64,000 nucleotides of DNA from Camelus dromedarius (GCF_036321535.1 NC_087437.1:8060001-8124000); one strand, 5' to 3'; positions 39,195 to 52,169 are shown, numbered from the stretch's first letter. The notes: generated by a model not told the origin, from the sequence alone. Translations and numbers: made by a program.

Positions 39195-40370
39195 GACAAA
39201 TTGGACTTCATCAAAATTCAGAACTTCTTTAAATTTAAAAACATCTACAAAACACAAAGCTGATAAAAGACTTGTATCCAGAATACATAAAGAACTCTCG
39301 AAACTCAAAAATAAGAAAACAAATGTCAATTTAAAAAAGGGGGGCAACATATTAAAACAGACACTTCGCCAAAGACGGTATAGACATGGCCAATGAGCCC
39401 ATGAAGGGTGCTCAACATCACTAGTCATCACAGAAATGCACATTCAAACCACAGTGTGCCATTACTGAGCACCTGTTAGGATGACTGAAATTAAAAAAGG
39501 AAAACCGACAATACCAGGGTGCACGAGAATGCTTGAAAATTGCTGGAGATAACACAAAATGATTCAGCCATTTTGGAAAACAGATTTGCAGTTTCTCAGA
39601 AAGTTAAACATAGACTCACCATGTAGCCCAGCAGTCTTACCCATAGGGATTTCTCAAGAGAAATGAAAACCTATCTTTACACAAAATCTATACATGAGTA
39701 TTCATAGCAGCTTTATTCAGAATTGCCAAAAACTGAAAACAACTTACCCAGTGAATGGATCAACAGGTTGTAGTCCAGCCACAAAGTGGAAGACTGCTCA
39801 GCGATAAAAAGAGGGTACCACTGACCTACTACAGTGACATGGCTGGATCTCAAAAGCATTGTACAAAGTGAAAGAAGCCAGTCTCAAAAGGCTAGCTACG
39901 TATTCCATGATTCCATGTATAGGACATTTTGAAAAAGGCAAAACTGTGGGGACAGAGAACAGATCAGCTGTTGTAGGGGCTGGAATATGAAGGGGGAACG
40001 AGAGAATTTTGAGATATGGTAGACCAGTTCTATACTTTGTGCTGGTGGTTGCACAGGCTGAATGCATTTGTTGACACTCATAGACTCACACACTTCAAAA
40101 GAGTGGATTTGAACAGATGTAAATCCTATCTCAGTAAACATATTTAAGAAGTGATACAATTGATCACAACCTAGAAAACAAAAAATATATAGAAATAAAT
40201 CTAATATCTCAACATGGAAACTAAAGAGCACTTACTGAGATGAGGAAAGGCTAAATAAATGCATGGATATACCATATTTATTGCGTGGAAGTCAAAACAT
40301 TATCAGAATGTCAGTTCCCCAATTGATCTTTAGAGTCACTACAATCACAATAAGAATCCCAGCAGATTAT
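39195..40370 (+). mobile_element. Old L1 ORF2 and 3' end fragments (L1MB/MC-like)
   Basis: gataaaagacttgtatccagaatacataaagaactc...tccatgattccatgtataggacattttgaaaaaggcaaaact. Confidence 0.8.
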
Positions 40371-40395
40371 GTGTGTGTACGTTTAAAAAAAAAAT

Positions 40396-40481
40396 GGGGA
40401 GAGTACAGCTCAGTGGTAGAGCGCATGCTTAGCATGCGTGAGGTGCTGGGTTTAATCCCCAGTACCTCCATTTGAAAAAAA
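40396..40481 (+). mobile_element. Vic-1-type SINE (short tail)
   Basis: ggggagagtacagctcagtggtagagcgcatgcttagcatgcgtgaggtgctgggtttaatccccagtacctccat. Confidence 0.88.
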
Positions 40482-42376
40482 GTAGAATGAGGAGCTCTGC
40501 TCAAAGAGAAAAGTGCTAGGCAGGCCATGATGGGTATTCTGAATGACCTGAGCAATCAGCCAGTGGGGATTGTCAAATCTGCCAAAATCAACAATGGACA
40601 CCTAGTTAAGAAAAGTAAGAATCGTGGGGCCGAGGGCAAAGTCAAGAGGTCAACGTGATGATTATACTAATTGATGAAGAACAAGGGGGTACTTACAAGT
40701 GGGTGGGATGAGCTATGACCTATTCTAGGCCTTCTGATATTTTCTGAGCTAAAACGGTGCAAGGTACTCACCTGCCTGCTATCTCCATAACCATCGAAAC
40801 CACCTTACAAGCTGAGAAGGAGGCCCTTGTTGCTTCTTTGTCAGTAAGAACACAGCACAGCTTCGTAAGGTTAGGTGTCTTTCCCAAAGTCACAGATGCA
40901 GTGAATGACAGATTCATTTTTCATGTCTAATGCTCCCAATTTGCTCCTCAGAAGGGATCTGATTGATGAACCAAAATTGCTAAGCCTTGTAACTCTCTGC
41001 AGTCAGACTTAGTAAAGCACAAGGTCCTGCAGACTGTGTCATCCTAGGGACTGTGGTTCCTGCAGATGGGAATCAAGAGGCCAGCACCCCACATCTGATG
41101 CAATACAGCTTAGGAAAAGGGTGTCATTGTAACAAAAAGCAGCTGTTTGACTCCAGGAGTCTGTGTGGGGCAACACAGCTGGGTTCACAGGCGGGCCGCT
41201 CGCTCTCTGCTGAGCCCTGCATGATTCACAGGCTAAAGGCTGCTTCTTCAGTCACAGGACCATGTATGCAAATGGCATCAAGCAAACAGCAGAGATGCTG
41301 GCCTTAACTGCAGATACACTAGAAAGTTTCCAATTGCTCAGATGTTGGGGGGGGGGGACTTTATTATAAAGCCATAAGGAGGCCTTGGTGACACCACAAG
41401 CTGGGGAGGTGTGCTCAGCCAGGCTTCTGTAACCAGCAGAGGTGGCCGCAGGGTGCAGCCTGCTGCTCCTTGACTGCATTTCAGTTAGAACATGAGTCTG
41501 CTTGTTAGTGGCAGTGACCTCAGCTTATGGCAGATTGCCAAGACCCAGTAAGCAGCCGCTAAGGCAAGGATTCAGTCCTGGAAAAGAGTCTTTCCACGTA
41601 CATAAACCTTTTAGGCATTAGGAGATGAAACTTTTAAATGGTTAAGTCATTCAGATGCCTTTTTGCCACAGAGCTTGGAAAGAGCTTTTAAACAGGGCTT
41701 ACGCAGATAGGCGTCACCAGGTCCCTGGTCCCAAAGCCACCCTCCATCAGCCTCACCTGGACTCATGTGGCTCAAGGGTCACCCCCACCATATACCCCGT
41801 GACTCTAGACTGTTTAATTCATTGAAGGAAAAAGCCTTCACAGGAGGTAGGTTTCTGAATCGTAAGTAATTCCAATGCAGAAAGCAATGGAAGCAGCTCG
41901 TGGGAACAGCACTGAACAGACCCCCTCACAAAGAAGTACTGACAACAGGCTGTGGTGTAGCAGCGCCCATACACAGTTCAGGCCCTTGAGGCTTGGACGG
42001 CATCCACAGTCATGAAGCTTAAAGACAGAAAAATTGTTTCAGATTAATGGAAACTAGAGAGACATGACACCTAAATGCAGCCTGTGTTTGTAAATTGGAT
42101 CCTACCTAGGTCAAGAAGAGTATTTTTCAATATAAAGGATTATTGGAGAGATTTGCATAAAGTCTATAGATCAGATAATAATGCTACAGTAATGACAGTT
42201 TCTTGGTATTGAAAATTGCACTGTGATTGGGTAACAGAATGTCCATGTTTTCAGGAAACATAAACCATAGTATTTAGAAATAAAGTCATGTACACATATG
42301 TGAGTGGGTGAGTAGGTGGATGGAAGGATAAATGAATGGATGGATATGTTAACATTTAAAACAAAAAAGCAATGCA

Positions 42377-42517
42377 GAGAGGAAGAGTATAGCTCAGTGG
42401 TAGAGTGCCTGCTTAGCATGCACAGGGTCCTGGGTTCAATCCCCAGTACCCCATTAAATATGTATATGTGTGTGTATGGGTGTATATAAAATTACCTTTC
42501 CCCTCCCCCCCAAAAAG
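42377..42517 (+). mobile_element. Vic-1-type SINE
   Basis: tatagctcagtggtagagtgcctgcttagcatgcacagggtcctgggttcaatccccagtacc. Confidence 0.88.
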
Positions 42518-42524
42518 GTAAGCA

Positions 42525-42882
42525 ATTTATCCAGCAAAATCATGTTTATTTGGCAATGGGAGAGGAATTTTAATTCTGGACATGCAAACTATGGCAAACC
42601 TTAGGCAAGTCTAGAGAATACAAGAGAAGAACGTTCATCTATAGAGGAAAAGGAGAAAGTTGGGAGGGACTGTTTTGAGCAAAATTTCATTGGAGGAGAG
42701 TGAGAGTTCACAGTTGTGGCAACTTCTCATTGGCTGGGTTGTTGCTGGGCAAGGAGAAAACCTCCCTTCTTCCTGCTGGGGCATGCGAGGCAAGCTGCAA
42801 AGAGCGGGATGTTCATGAGCGTTCCCCCTTCAGAGCTTCCTGAGTCCATTTTGAAGGAGGTTTTCCTTTATTCATTGTTACA
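42525..42882 (-). mobile_element. ERV1-like LTR fragment
   Basis: Minus strand begins TGTAACAATGAATAAAGGAAAACCTCCTTCAAAATGGACTC and has CCAAT boxes. Confidence 0.55.
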
Positions 42883-42907
42883 GATAGATGGATGGACGGA
42901 TGGATGG

Positions 42908-43359
42908 CGTTAAAGAAGACAGATCTGGACATTTGTTAAAACAGCAAAAGACAGATGCAATAGGGGGAACAAGACCTTGGTACAGAACTGGGCTCATTTT
43001 TTAGTACAACAAGGGAAAAGGGGATTGGTAGCCAAGGGAGGTCGCTGGATGGAAAATTATTAAGCAGAGACATCAAGGGTAGGAGGAATGCTCCTAAGCT
43101 TATGTAACAGTAGTTCTTGATAAAAGCAGGCCAACATTTGATACATCCAAGATGAGGGATGAGGAATTTGATTGGCTATGGAGGGTAATGAGGTATCATC
43201 AGTGGGAGGAGTCTGTGCAGAATGACATAGCGAGATTCTTGCTCTAAGTGGGCAGTGCAAGCCCAGGAAGGACAGACAGAAACCCAAGGTCAGGGGCTGA
43301 GTGAGAAGAGGGTTCTAAAGAGCCTAACCAAAGTTTGGTCAAGGAGCCTGTCCTTGTCA
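42908..43359 (-). mobile_element. Solo ERV1 LTR (MER31/MER67-like)
   Basis: Minus strand TGACAAGGACAGGCTCCTTGACCAAACTTTGG...CTTTAACG resembles recalled MER31/MER67 termini; flanked by (GGAT)n. Confidence 0.7.
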
Positions 43360-44792
43360 ATAGATGGATGAATAGACAGATGATGTGGATGGATGGAGGG
43401 ATGGATGGATGGATGGATAGATAGATAGATGGAGGTATAGATGTAGATGTGCTTGTAAATGTTTAACAACTGGCTCTTTGGGGAGGGGGGATCCTTAATC
43501 TGTAGCATTTGTTGGTTTCCTTAGTGTACATACTCCCACTACAACTGGTTTCAAACCATCCATCTATTGACTGATGGTCTCAGACCACCAGTGTGGGGTC
43601 ACGGATGCAGTGCTGGGAAGAAAGGCCCACAGTTGACCTGAGTGGACAGCAAGAGTAGCCTTCAACCTACCCCTGCATAATTCTTTGTGCTAATTGTGCA
43701 AATCTTCTGTAAGTCTGGAATCATTGCATAATAAAAAGTTAAAATTTTTAATATAAATTACCTATAAGATAAATAGATTATAAATTTTTTCTAGGGTTTG
43801 AGTAAAGCAATTTTTTAAACCGTAGTTATTTTTTTCTTTTAAGTAATAGACTATGGCATAACCCAATATCTAAGTTAAAGAGTAATTTTTTATAGTAATA
43901 GACAAAAAAACAAACAAACAAAAGGTCAAGGTCTATCACAGAGAAATACTGGTAAGATAAATGTTATTGATCATTCAGTTAATCATGTGATATTACTGAG
44001 AAAGCTTTGGTCATGGATTCAACCCACACTGGTCCTCTTCGTTACACAGAAGACATGGGGTTGGGGTCACCCCCCCCCAACTGTCCCCATCTCATCCTGG
44101 CCCGGGCATCACATTTGTTTATCAAAGAGCCAGGGCTAGAGAGCAGGAATGATGCAGCACAGTTTGCTACTAATAACTCTCGAGAGCTCCATCTAACGGC
44201 GTGGGCAGCTGTGTCCTCTTCAGACACTACAAGGAAATATGCTTTTCTGGCCACAGAAGGATGTTAAAAGCTACTGGCAATTACGTCGTTGTTGGAACTC
44301 CAGTTTCTGCTCTCTAAACTCCGCTCCTTGTGATTAAATCCGTTTTCCTCAGAGGATGATAGACTAAAAAGCCCTTCAAACGTACGCTGTGTCACAGTGA
44401 CACCTAAAGAGAAACATGACAAAGTATTGAAGGCAAAATTTTGTGAACCTGATATCACAAGCCAGACTTTGAATTTCAGGCAGCGAACTAAAATGCGTGG
44501 AATTCTTAAGCATACGGAACATTACAAACTTCTAGTAGCATTCTGAACTGTGCCTTTGGTGAGGTTAAAGGCTAACTCCAAGCACCAAGTTGTCAACTTC
44601 TTTGGTGTTTTATAGGAAACAATAAAATAAATTTTAAAATCCAAAATCTATAATTTTTTAGCAAACCATCCAGGCATATGAGCCCTCCCATGGTGATTGC
44701 TGAATTATAACATAATATCGAAAACCAGAATGAACTGAACATTTTAGATGAACATGGATTTGTTTTGTGTAAATGCAAGAACTCCAAAAAGG

Positions 44793-44966
44793 TCACGTGG
44801 CTGTTTTGCACTTGGTCCGGTCTGCATGCAGTAGCTCATCCAGAACATTTCTGATGTTCTCAACACAAACTTCTCCTCTGTGATGTTTTTTTGATGCAAG
44901 ATTCCATACATTTTCAAATTCGTCGTCAGAAAGCTTGACCCCAATGTTACATAGTATCTCGGCAAT
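44793..44966 (-). CDS. EFHB: EFHB last coding exon (174 nt to stop): IAEILCNIGVKLSDDEFENVWNLASKKHHRGEVCVENIRNVLDELLHADRTKCKTAT*
   Basis: Polypyrimidine tract tttttttctctag|ATT GCC...ACG TGA. Stop at 44793-44795; matches recalled EFHB C-terminus. Confidence 0.96.
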   Translation of the reverse strand: MAEILCNIGVKLSDDEFENVWNLASKKHHRGEVCVENIRNVLDELLHADRTKCKTAT

Positions 44967-47062
44967 CTAGAGAAAAAAAACTTTGGAAGTCAGACCAATA
45001 TTTATAGGTTTTTAAGTTTGTATTTTTTGACTATCTTTATAATATCTAAGAATATGAACATTTATCCCCCCCCCCAAAAAAAAGGTGTGTGGATGTGTGT
45101 GTGTGTGTGTGTGTGCACTTACTACATATGGTAAGCAGATATCAAAATTCCAGTACTTTCAGTTTAGGAATCATTTTGTTAATATGAATGAATATGATGG
45201 TGTTCATCTATACTAGCCTATGTATAAAATTACTTTCAACTCTAAGTATTTCTGGTTATCTTTTAAAGGGAAGCAGCCAAATTCAAGGAGAAAGAGTGGA
45301 AGAGTTACAGATGGAGGACTTGCTGGGTTTGGGTTCCAACCCAGTCATCTCTCAAGTGCGTTCTCTAAACCCCCTGCATGTCGTCTCTGCTTCTTCAAAA
45401 TAAGAACATTTGTAAAATGTCTGTAGCTGGCCTGTTGCAAACTTTAACTATAGTTGTGGGTGTGCAAATGTCAGAGAGAGAGTGCATGCGTGAGCAAGGA
45501 AGCAGACGAAAATCTGAGTAGACTGAACTTGGCTTATTAATAATCTCCCCACAGTGGTAATTATTAAAAGGGTCAAGGGGCGGGGGGACATGCTTTTTAT
45601 GTCCCAGGGAAAATTTGAGAAAGGAAAGATAAAACCAAGTAGTGGGAAGAAATATGAGCATGAGTAGAGGGAATAAAAGATTTGAAAAAAAAATTTTAAT
45701 GAGGAAAAACATTTACTATGAACCACACAGGAAGAAAGAAAAGAAGGAAATAGAAAAGTTAGACAGTGATAGGAAAGCCAAAAAGTTAGATAGTTGCAGA
45801 ATACATCTATAAAATAGAATCGCAACAGTTAAAAGATGCCCGGGATAGGATATCCCTTGTGGGAAAATAACAGTATAATCAGATACACCTGGGATGCTGA
45901 AGTGCCGTCCTTGGGCGTAGTCGCTAGTTTCCTGCACACAGTGGCAGGTAAAGAACGTCCCTGCAGTGTGAACCCACCACGTGGTCCGAGTCGGTCTCAG
46001 GCATCCCAGACCGTCTCCCCTGCCTCCCCTCCCACACCTCGGGGGGCATTCTACCCTAATCCAGCATTCCAGACTCAGGTATTGATTAGCTAACACTTTT
46101 TCAGAAACCCATCTCTTCTCAAAATAATGTTAATACTCCAGCCAGGCCTCTGGGGTCTCACTTTCTCCGTAGAACTGTGAGAAAAAGGATGCCTTCCTAG
46201 TTAAAAGAATTTTAGGCATCAGGAAACAAGCAGGAAATTTTTGTTTCTTTTGGCAGCCGTGAAGCCCTGCTTCATAGGCCCTTTAGAGTGATTGAAGGAA
46301 GAGAAAATGCAGTCTGCAAAGGGCTCTGCTCTGACCCCAGCAGGGGGTCCTGGGTTCTTGCTTTGGGGGCAGCCAGCAGGCGTCGTCCTCTCTCCCCGAG
46401 TTCAGTGGGAATAATCTTTGGGGTGAATCTGTGACTAAATCTGCAAGTCTTCAAGGTATCAAACCTTCATCTGAAGTCCCAGAAAACATCATGTATCTAT
46501 TCATGTAATTTCTAGCTTTGGATTTGAAAGTTCAAAGAAGCCATTGCTCCCTCCATCACACCCTGCTCTCCACATGGCAGATCTAGACAGACTGGTCTGA
46601 CCAAACCCTGCTGTTACTCTGCAGCCCTCAGGACCCCAGTGGCCATCCTGACCTACCATGCCGCTCCTGCTTTATAACCAACCTAGTTAGACAATCACCT
46701 GGGATATAAGGACCACATTTTTGAGTGAACAGACAAGATATGCAGGCTAACATGCGATGTGGCAACAGGACGGAAGGTTTTCAGTCAGTGCTTGTTGCAG
46801 AGAGTCTGAGACGTATGCTAGCAGCACACGAGGAGGATGATAGAGTGGGCCCTCCTCATGCCTCCTCTCTGGTTTTGGAGACCCACAACCATAAGGATAC
46901 TTACACAAGGTTGGGGTTGGTGCTCTTTGCTTGTTCTCAACTAAGCATAGTGCTGAATGCCTTAGGAAAACACTTTTCCTCTTATACATAGGTCTTAGTG
47001 ATTATATGACATGAGTGTGATGCTTCTTACCAGAGTAAATTCTGCTTCAAGAATTATACCAA

Positions 47063-47165
47063 GGGAGGAGGGCACAGCTCAGTGGTAGAGCCCATGCTTA
47101 GGATGCACGAGGTCCTGGTTCAATCCCCAGTACCTCCATTAAAAATAAATAAACAAACCTCTATT
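47063..47165 (+). mobile_element. Vic-1-type SINE in the last EFHB intron
   Basis: ggagggcacagctcagtggtagag...ggttcaatccccagtacctccattaaaaataaataaac. Confidence 0.9.
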
Positions 47166-47292
47166 GACTTCTGTGATATCAAAGCTCAAGGTTTTTGAAG
47201 TTTAAAATTAAATCATTGTTGACAAACATTTCCAACTTTGTTTGGGTGAAGTTGGCCTTTCTTTCAACCCTTTGGAAATAACAATGCTGTAC

Positions 47293-47474
47293 CTCTTTCT
47301 TTGATCTGGTCTTGAAGAAGTCTCTTTCAAACACTCCCTTCTGGCTGAAGATGGTAGGGTGTAGTAATGAATAGGCATTTCCATCTTCGCCATAATTAGT
47401 TCTGTCACTGATGCGGCGAATTCGGGGGGCAGGGATATCGGACCGAATGGTTGGGATGCCATAGATGGGATGAC
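47293..47474 (-). CDS. EFHB: EFHB penultimate coding exon (182 nt): CHPIYGIPTIRSDIPAPRIRRISDRTNYGEDGNAYSLLHPTIFSQKGVFERDFFKTRSKKE
   Basis: tcccag|GT CAT...AAA GAG|gtacag. Carries the EFHB motif G[IV]PTIRSDIPAPRIRRISDRTNYG; within ORF 47179..47568. Confidence 0.97.
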
Positions 47475-47514
47475 CTGGGACACCGACGGGGAGGAAAACA
47501 GACATTCTAGATAA

Positions 47515-47812
47515 AACAGCTACCAGCCACAGGTGGCTGTTGAGCACGTGAATTAGGGCTAGTGCCAATTCAGGTGTGCTGTGAGCATAAAATACACAAC
47601 TTCAAAGATTCAGTACCCAAAAGAGAATGTGAAATATTTAATTAATCATTTTATATGGAGTACTTGTTGAAATGATAACATTTTGGAGATATATATATAT
47701 TTATTACATATATACTATTAGAATTAATCTCACCTATTTCTTTTTCTTAATGTGGCTACTAAAATTTTAAAACTACATGTGACACCAATTATATTTCTAT
47801 TGGACAGCACTA
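47515..47812. mobile_element. MER33-like hAT MITE
   Basis: agccacaggtggctgttgagcac...taatgtggctactaaaattttaaaactacatgtg...tttctattggacagcact. Confidence 0.8.
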
Positions 47813-47989
47813 TTCCAAAGTGAATAGCAAGACCTCATTGCACAGAATGTACAGCGTGTCTATAAAATCCAGTTAAGAAAAATCTATAAATCCTTAATCA
47901 TGTCCTTAGTCCAAGAAAATGATCTTGACCAACATAAAAGAGTCTTTCTAAATAACAATATTCGTCATGCTTGATATTGAGATGTGGGG

Positions 47990-48440
47990 TGTTATGGGTT
48001 GAACTGTATCCTCCCCAGACTCATAGGTTGAAGTCCTAACTCCTAGTAGCTCAGAATGTGACCTTATTTGCAGACAGGGTCATTGCACATGTAATTAAGT
48101 TAAGAAGAGGCCTTACTGGAGTAGGGTGGACCTTTAATCCAGTGTGACTGGAGTCCTTATCAAAGAGGGACATGGGGACGCAGACACTCGCACAGGAGAA
48201 CACCATGTGAAGGTGAAGGCAGAGATCCAGGCACAGAAGTCGAGTAGTGCCAGAGCCTGCCAGGCAACCCCCAGAAGCCAGGAGAGGGCCAGGGACAGAT
48301 GCCCCCTCACAGCCCTCATTAGGAAGCCACCCTGCGACTCCTTGAGCTTGGACTTCTAGCCACCTTGAGATGATCAGTTTCTGTTGATTAGCCATCCAGT
48401 GTGTGGTACTTGTTATGACACCCCTAGCAGACGGGGAACA
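47990..48440 (+). mobile_element. MLT1C-like MaLR solo LTR
   Basis: tgttatgggttgaactgt...gttgaagtcctaac...gaatgtgaccttattt...gtgtggtacttgttatgacac...aca. Confidence 0.85.
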
Positions 48441-48859
48441 GACAGGGAATGAGGATGTAAGGGATCGTCTCTCAAGAGCTCTTCAAGTATTGGAAGGCAG
48501 ATCTGTTTGGAGCTAAGAATCACTTGGTTTAAAAGTCTCCTAACCCTTGATGAGGACTGAATTATGACAGTGTAATTCAGTGTTCTGAGCTCTGAGCTAT
48601 GCTGTTTCAGTTTCATTAACACAGAGAGAATCATTTCACTTGGGTCACCATTAACAATTGTTCAATTCAGCCCACATTTCTTGAGACCCGACCCCCCCCC
48701 CCCGGTGCTTAGAATACAGAATTGAATGAAAGGCCGTGGGCTTGGAGAAACTTGGAGTCTAAGAGAGGCTGGGGACAATGCAAGGACAGACAGAGGGACA
48801 CTCTCCTTCTGTGTTTGCTGATCCTTTTTAAAACTCAGCAAATAATGGGACATACTCAC

Positions 48860-49072
48860 AAGTAGAAGGAACAGCTCCTACCACTGCGCTGATCTCCGAA
48901 GAGGTTGTCTTGTAGTGATTAGAAACTTTATCGCTTGGCCTCAGAAGTGTCCGGACAGTCTTTTCTGAGCTCCCTGGTTCTTTGAAGACAATATCTTCAG
49001 ATTTTATCAGGAGAGCTGGTTCAGATTCTTCTACATTAGCCTCAGCAGGGTTTGCACAATCTGACTTTCTAC
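48860..49072 (-). CDS. EFHB: EFHB internal coding exon (213 nt): GRKSDCANPAEANVEESEPALLIKSEDIVFKEPGSSEKTVRTLLRPSDKVSNHYKTTSSEISAVVGAVPST
   Basis: ttaaag|GT AGA...ACT T|gtgagt. Phase 1/1 and open; not in the ORF track, translated by hand. Confidence 0.95.
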
Positions 49073-49767
49073 CTTTAAGCAGAGGGAAAGGAGAAAATAT
49101 ATATATAGGAAGAAGTTACTACCTGATACTCGCTGCTCTGTAACAAGACGAGTTTTCCCAACTAGTCTCTTCTTGCTGGTGGAAACGGAGGCCGGACTGG
49201 TATGAACCCTCCGCTGACACCAGCACCCACTGTGGAAACCCAAGTTCAGGACAACGGACAACGTCATACACCAGGAAATTTGAACAAGGTCTGATGTTTC
49301 TGTTCACCACTCTGTTCACTTCAGTCTGGAATAAAGGTTCTAAATATGAAAGACCAAATGAAAACAGAGAATCTATTTTTTTTTTAATTTCCTCCTTTTT
49401 AAAATTAAAGCTTATTTTCACGTTTCACTTGAACTACAGGATTACAAGAGTTGTTCCAGGACTGTGCCCCGGGGAGGGATAAGAGAAGATATCTCTGGAA
49501 TTGTAAATTCCAAACATACCCAATCCCAGTGCGGGGAGCCCCATGGATTGCAACATTTGGAGAGGCGGTGAGAACTCGCTGTGAGCGCAGGAATCCATCG
49601 TGTAAATGACGCCCTTCAAATCAGTGTATAAAAGGAAACCCTGAGGTGGAACTAAGATTGTAAGATTCTGTCCACTTTTGCAGATTTGTTTTGCTGAGTC
49701 AGTTCTCAAGTTTAGGAGTGAATTAATTCCTGGCATCTTTTTCACAGAGCTGGTAAGCACACAGCAA

Positions 49768-49781
49768 GCACTAGAGGGCGC
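49768..49781 (+). promoter_or_regulatory. Candidate intronic CTCF site
   Basis: GCACTAGAGGGCGC vs consensus CCASYAGRKGGCRS (1 mismatch); partial repeat agcactagagg at ~49794. Confidence 0.6.
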
Positions 49782-51714
49782 TGTGGTCTTTCCAGCACTA
49801 GAGGAACTCAAGGTGCTGGGGAAGGCCAAGCTCTGGTCACAAAGGCAGATGGTGCCCCAGTATCAGACTGGGGTGGTCAACCAGCAAAGACATGCCGTCT
49901 GACGTCAGCAAGCCTCCCTCAGCTCCTGCCAGTCGTCGTCGTGAAAGTGCTCAGGCCCAGTGTTCCAGATCCTCTGATCCCCTCCCTGCACCTCCCCCCA
50001 CCCCCAAAAAAGGGCAGAACTCTGGACAAAGTATGAAAGACAGTTTCTCAGAAAACTGTTCGAAAGCCGTTGTCTTAAAGGACTCACCCCCTTTGCTCCA
50101 GATGTCAACAACAGTAAGATGGAATTCCATATAAGAAAATTCCTGGCAGAATGCCCCTGCACCCTTTCTGACTGATCCACTGGCCACTCACTATCTTAGA
50201 AGATGATGAAAACCTCAGGAACTCCATTGAAAATGGCTGATGAAGGCAGGACCCCAAAACTGGGAACAGTTTGAAGAACCATCTGGTTTGAAAGCAGGCT
50301 TCTGCTTTCCCCACTACCTCATGAGCTGTGCCAACAAGGAAAATCCTCTGTCATCCTCTCCTTTTTTCTGAGAGGATGAGGATCGAGCTGTTTTCTATAA
50401 AAAGCTTCATTGGGATGAGAAACTCCTACTGCTTTCCTAGTGGACAGAAAAGAAAGGCTGTCCCAGAACCTGGTAAGGGCTGCATCATCCAGAAAGCCCA
50501 AAATGTGATACCAGCTTTGCAGGAATAAAAGTGAACACAGCAGGATCTTCACTTTTTCAGAAGAGAGTTATTCCAAGAGCAAATAAAAATGTAAACAACC
50601 TTTTAAAAGTTAATCCTCTCTAATAATCAAGATTTGAAAATTAAAGCAAACGAGGTATCATTATATAACAGCTAAATTACAAGAATGTTTGAAATAACAG
50701 TGGTGGCAAGATTGGAGAAAAGCCTTCTCACAGCCTTGACTGCTAAAATTGCCAATTGGTACAATCATTTAAAAAAGCAAAAGGAACAGAGAGAGAGAGA
50801 GTTACTTCTGGGACAATAACATTCGTAAGAGATGAGATATAATTAGAAACAGAAAGCTTTCTGAGAGATGATAATGATTATAGTGTCACCTGTATGACTT
50901 TTAAAATACCTGGAAATAACTTAAATTTTAAAGAGTGAGGAAATAGTTTAGTAATTCATAATACATCAGCATGAGGGAAATGAAAATGAAGTTTACAGAA
51001 GCCATGAAAGTATCTCTTCGTTCCATAGAAATTTGAGAGCTAAATTTTTAAAAGCCAAATAAAAAGGGTACATTCACTGTGATTTTAGCTATTTTAAAAT
51101 ATTTCCATACCCACACATGTAGGTAGATATGTCTATCTATGTATATAGTTAGTGATTCAGGAAGATAATGTATAACATGAAAATACTTGAATAAAGGTAA
51201 AGGTGATGTTTTTCCTTTTCTTAGAAAAATTTAAAAGATCGAGTTTTCTTATGTCAAATTCTATTTTACAAATTGACTTTTCCTGGGGGAGGGGAGCTAA
51301 TTTCTCTGAGAAAATGGCTTTCAAACAGCTTTCTGAGGAACTCTTTCATATTTTTGGTTTCAGGTAAATTGTTTTGCTTTTAATTTTTTTCTTTTGAATG
51401 AGTAATACACAGTTCCACGCTCAAAAGATACAAAAACATAGATTAAAAACTGAATCTTGCTGCTACAAAAACAGATTAAAAAGTGATTCTTGCTGCCACC
51501 TTGTCCCTCAGCAACCCAGTTTCCCCTCCTTGGAAAGAATAAATGTTACAAAATTCTTTCCTTATGCATGATAGTCTATGCGTAATAAAAGAAAATAAAT
51601 GCATATATATGTGCATATTTTAAAATATATAATAATAAATTTGACAAGAGTTGAACTCCTAAAAAATATGAAAGTCCACTTAAGAATTTAGCAGACCTTC
51701 AAAAAATTAAATAC

Positions 51715-51922
51715 CTTTAATAATGACCCTCTCTTCATACTCTTTAAGGCGGGTTTTATCTTTCCAGGTGAGAAAATTTGCAAATTCTAGGTAATTAATC
51801 AGCCCATCATTATCCACATCACAGTACTCAAATAGCTGGTCCAGGAGCTTCTCATCCAAGTGCAAGCAGGCCTGGTCACAAGCTTCCCGAAGCTCAGCTT
51901 TATCTATCGCCCCATCTCCTTT
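51715..51922 (-). CDS. EFHB: EFHB EF-hand exon (208 nt): KGDGAIDKAELREACDQACLHLDEKLLDQLFEYCDVDNDGLINYLEFANFLTWKDKTRLKEYEERVIIK
   Basis: caacag|AAA GGA...AAA G|gtattt. Contains canonical EF-hand loop DVDNDGLINYLE and most of loop DKKGDGAIDKAE; within ORF 51707..52129. Confidence 0.97.
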
Positions 51923-52169
51923 CTGTTGGACACAAAGCAAAAAAAAGTGAGCACTGCCTTCAAGAGCAGAGTGTGCAACATCTGTTATTTCCTTTAAGAA
52001 AAAAGGAAGAGCTCTATCACATAAATTCAAAGTATCCATCTTATTTTTCACATAATATATAAAATCAAATATTGAGGCTTGAGTCAAATATTGGTCCTTA
52101 TTGTGTCCATCTGAAATGTGCACAGCCATTTCAACCCTGGTTGGAGGGAGTGTGGCTCATAATCTTTGT

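Noticed and set aside
41433..41446. CCAGCAGAGGTGGC as a CTCF site
   Set aside because: Mismatches the highly conserved GGC positions in register; weak.
49123..49324. Possible extra EFHB exon (ttccag|ACTGAA...ATCAG|gtagt; ORF 49119..49421)
   Set aside because: It would leave a 50-nt intron before the real exon and shift the frame (202 nt), and the flanking exons already join in frame.
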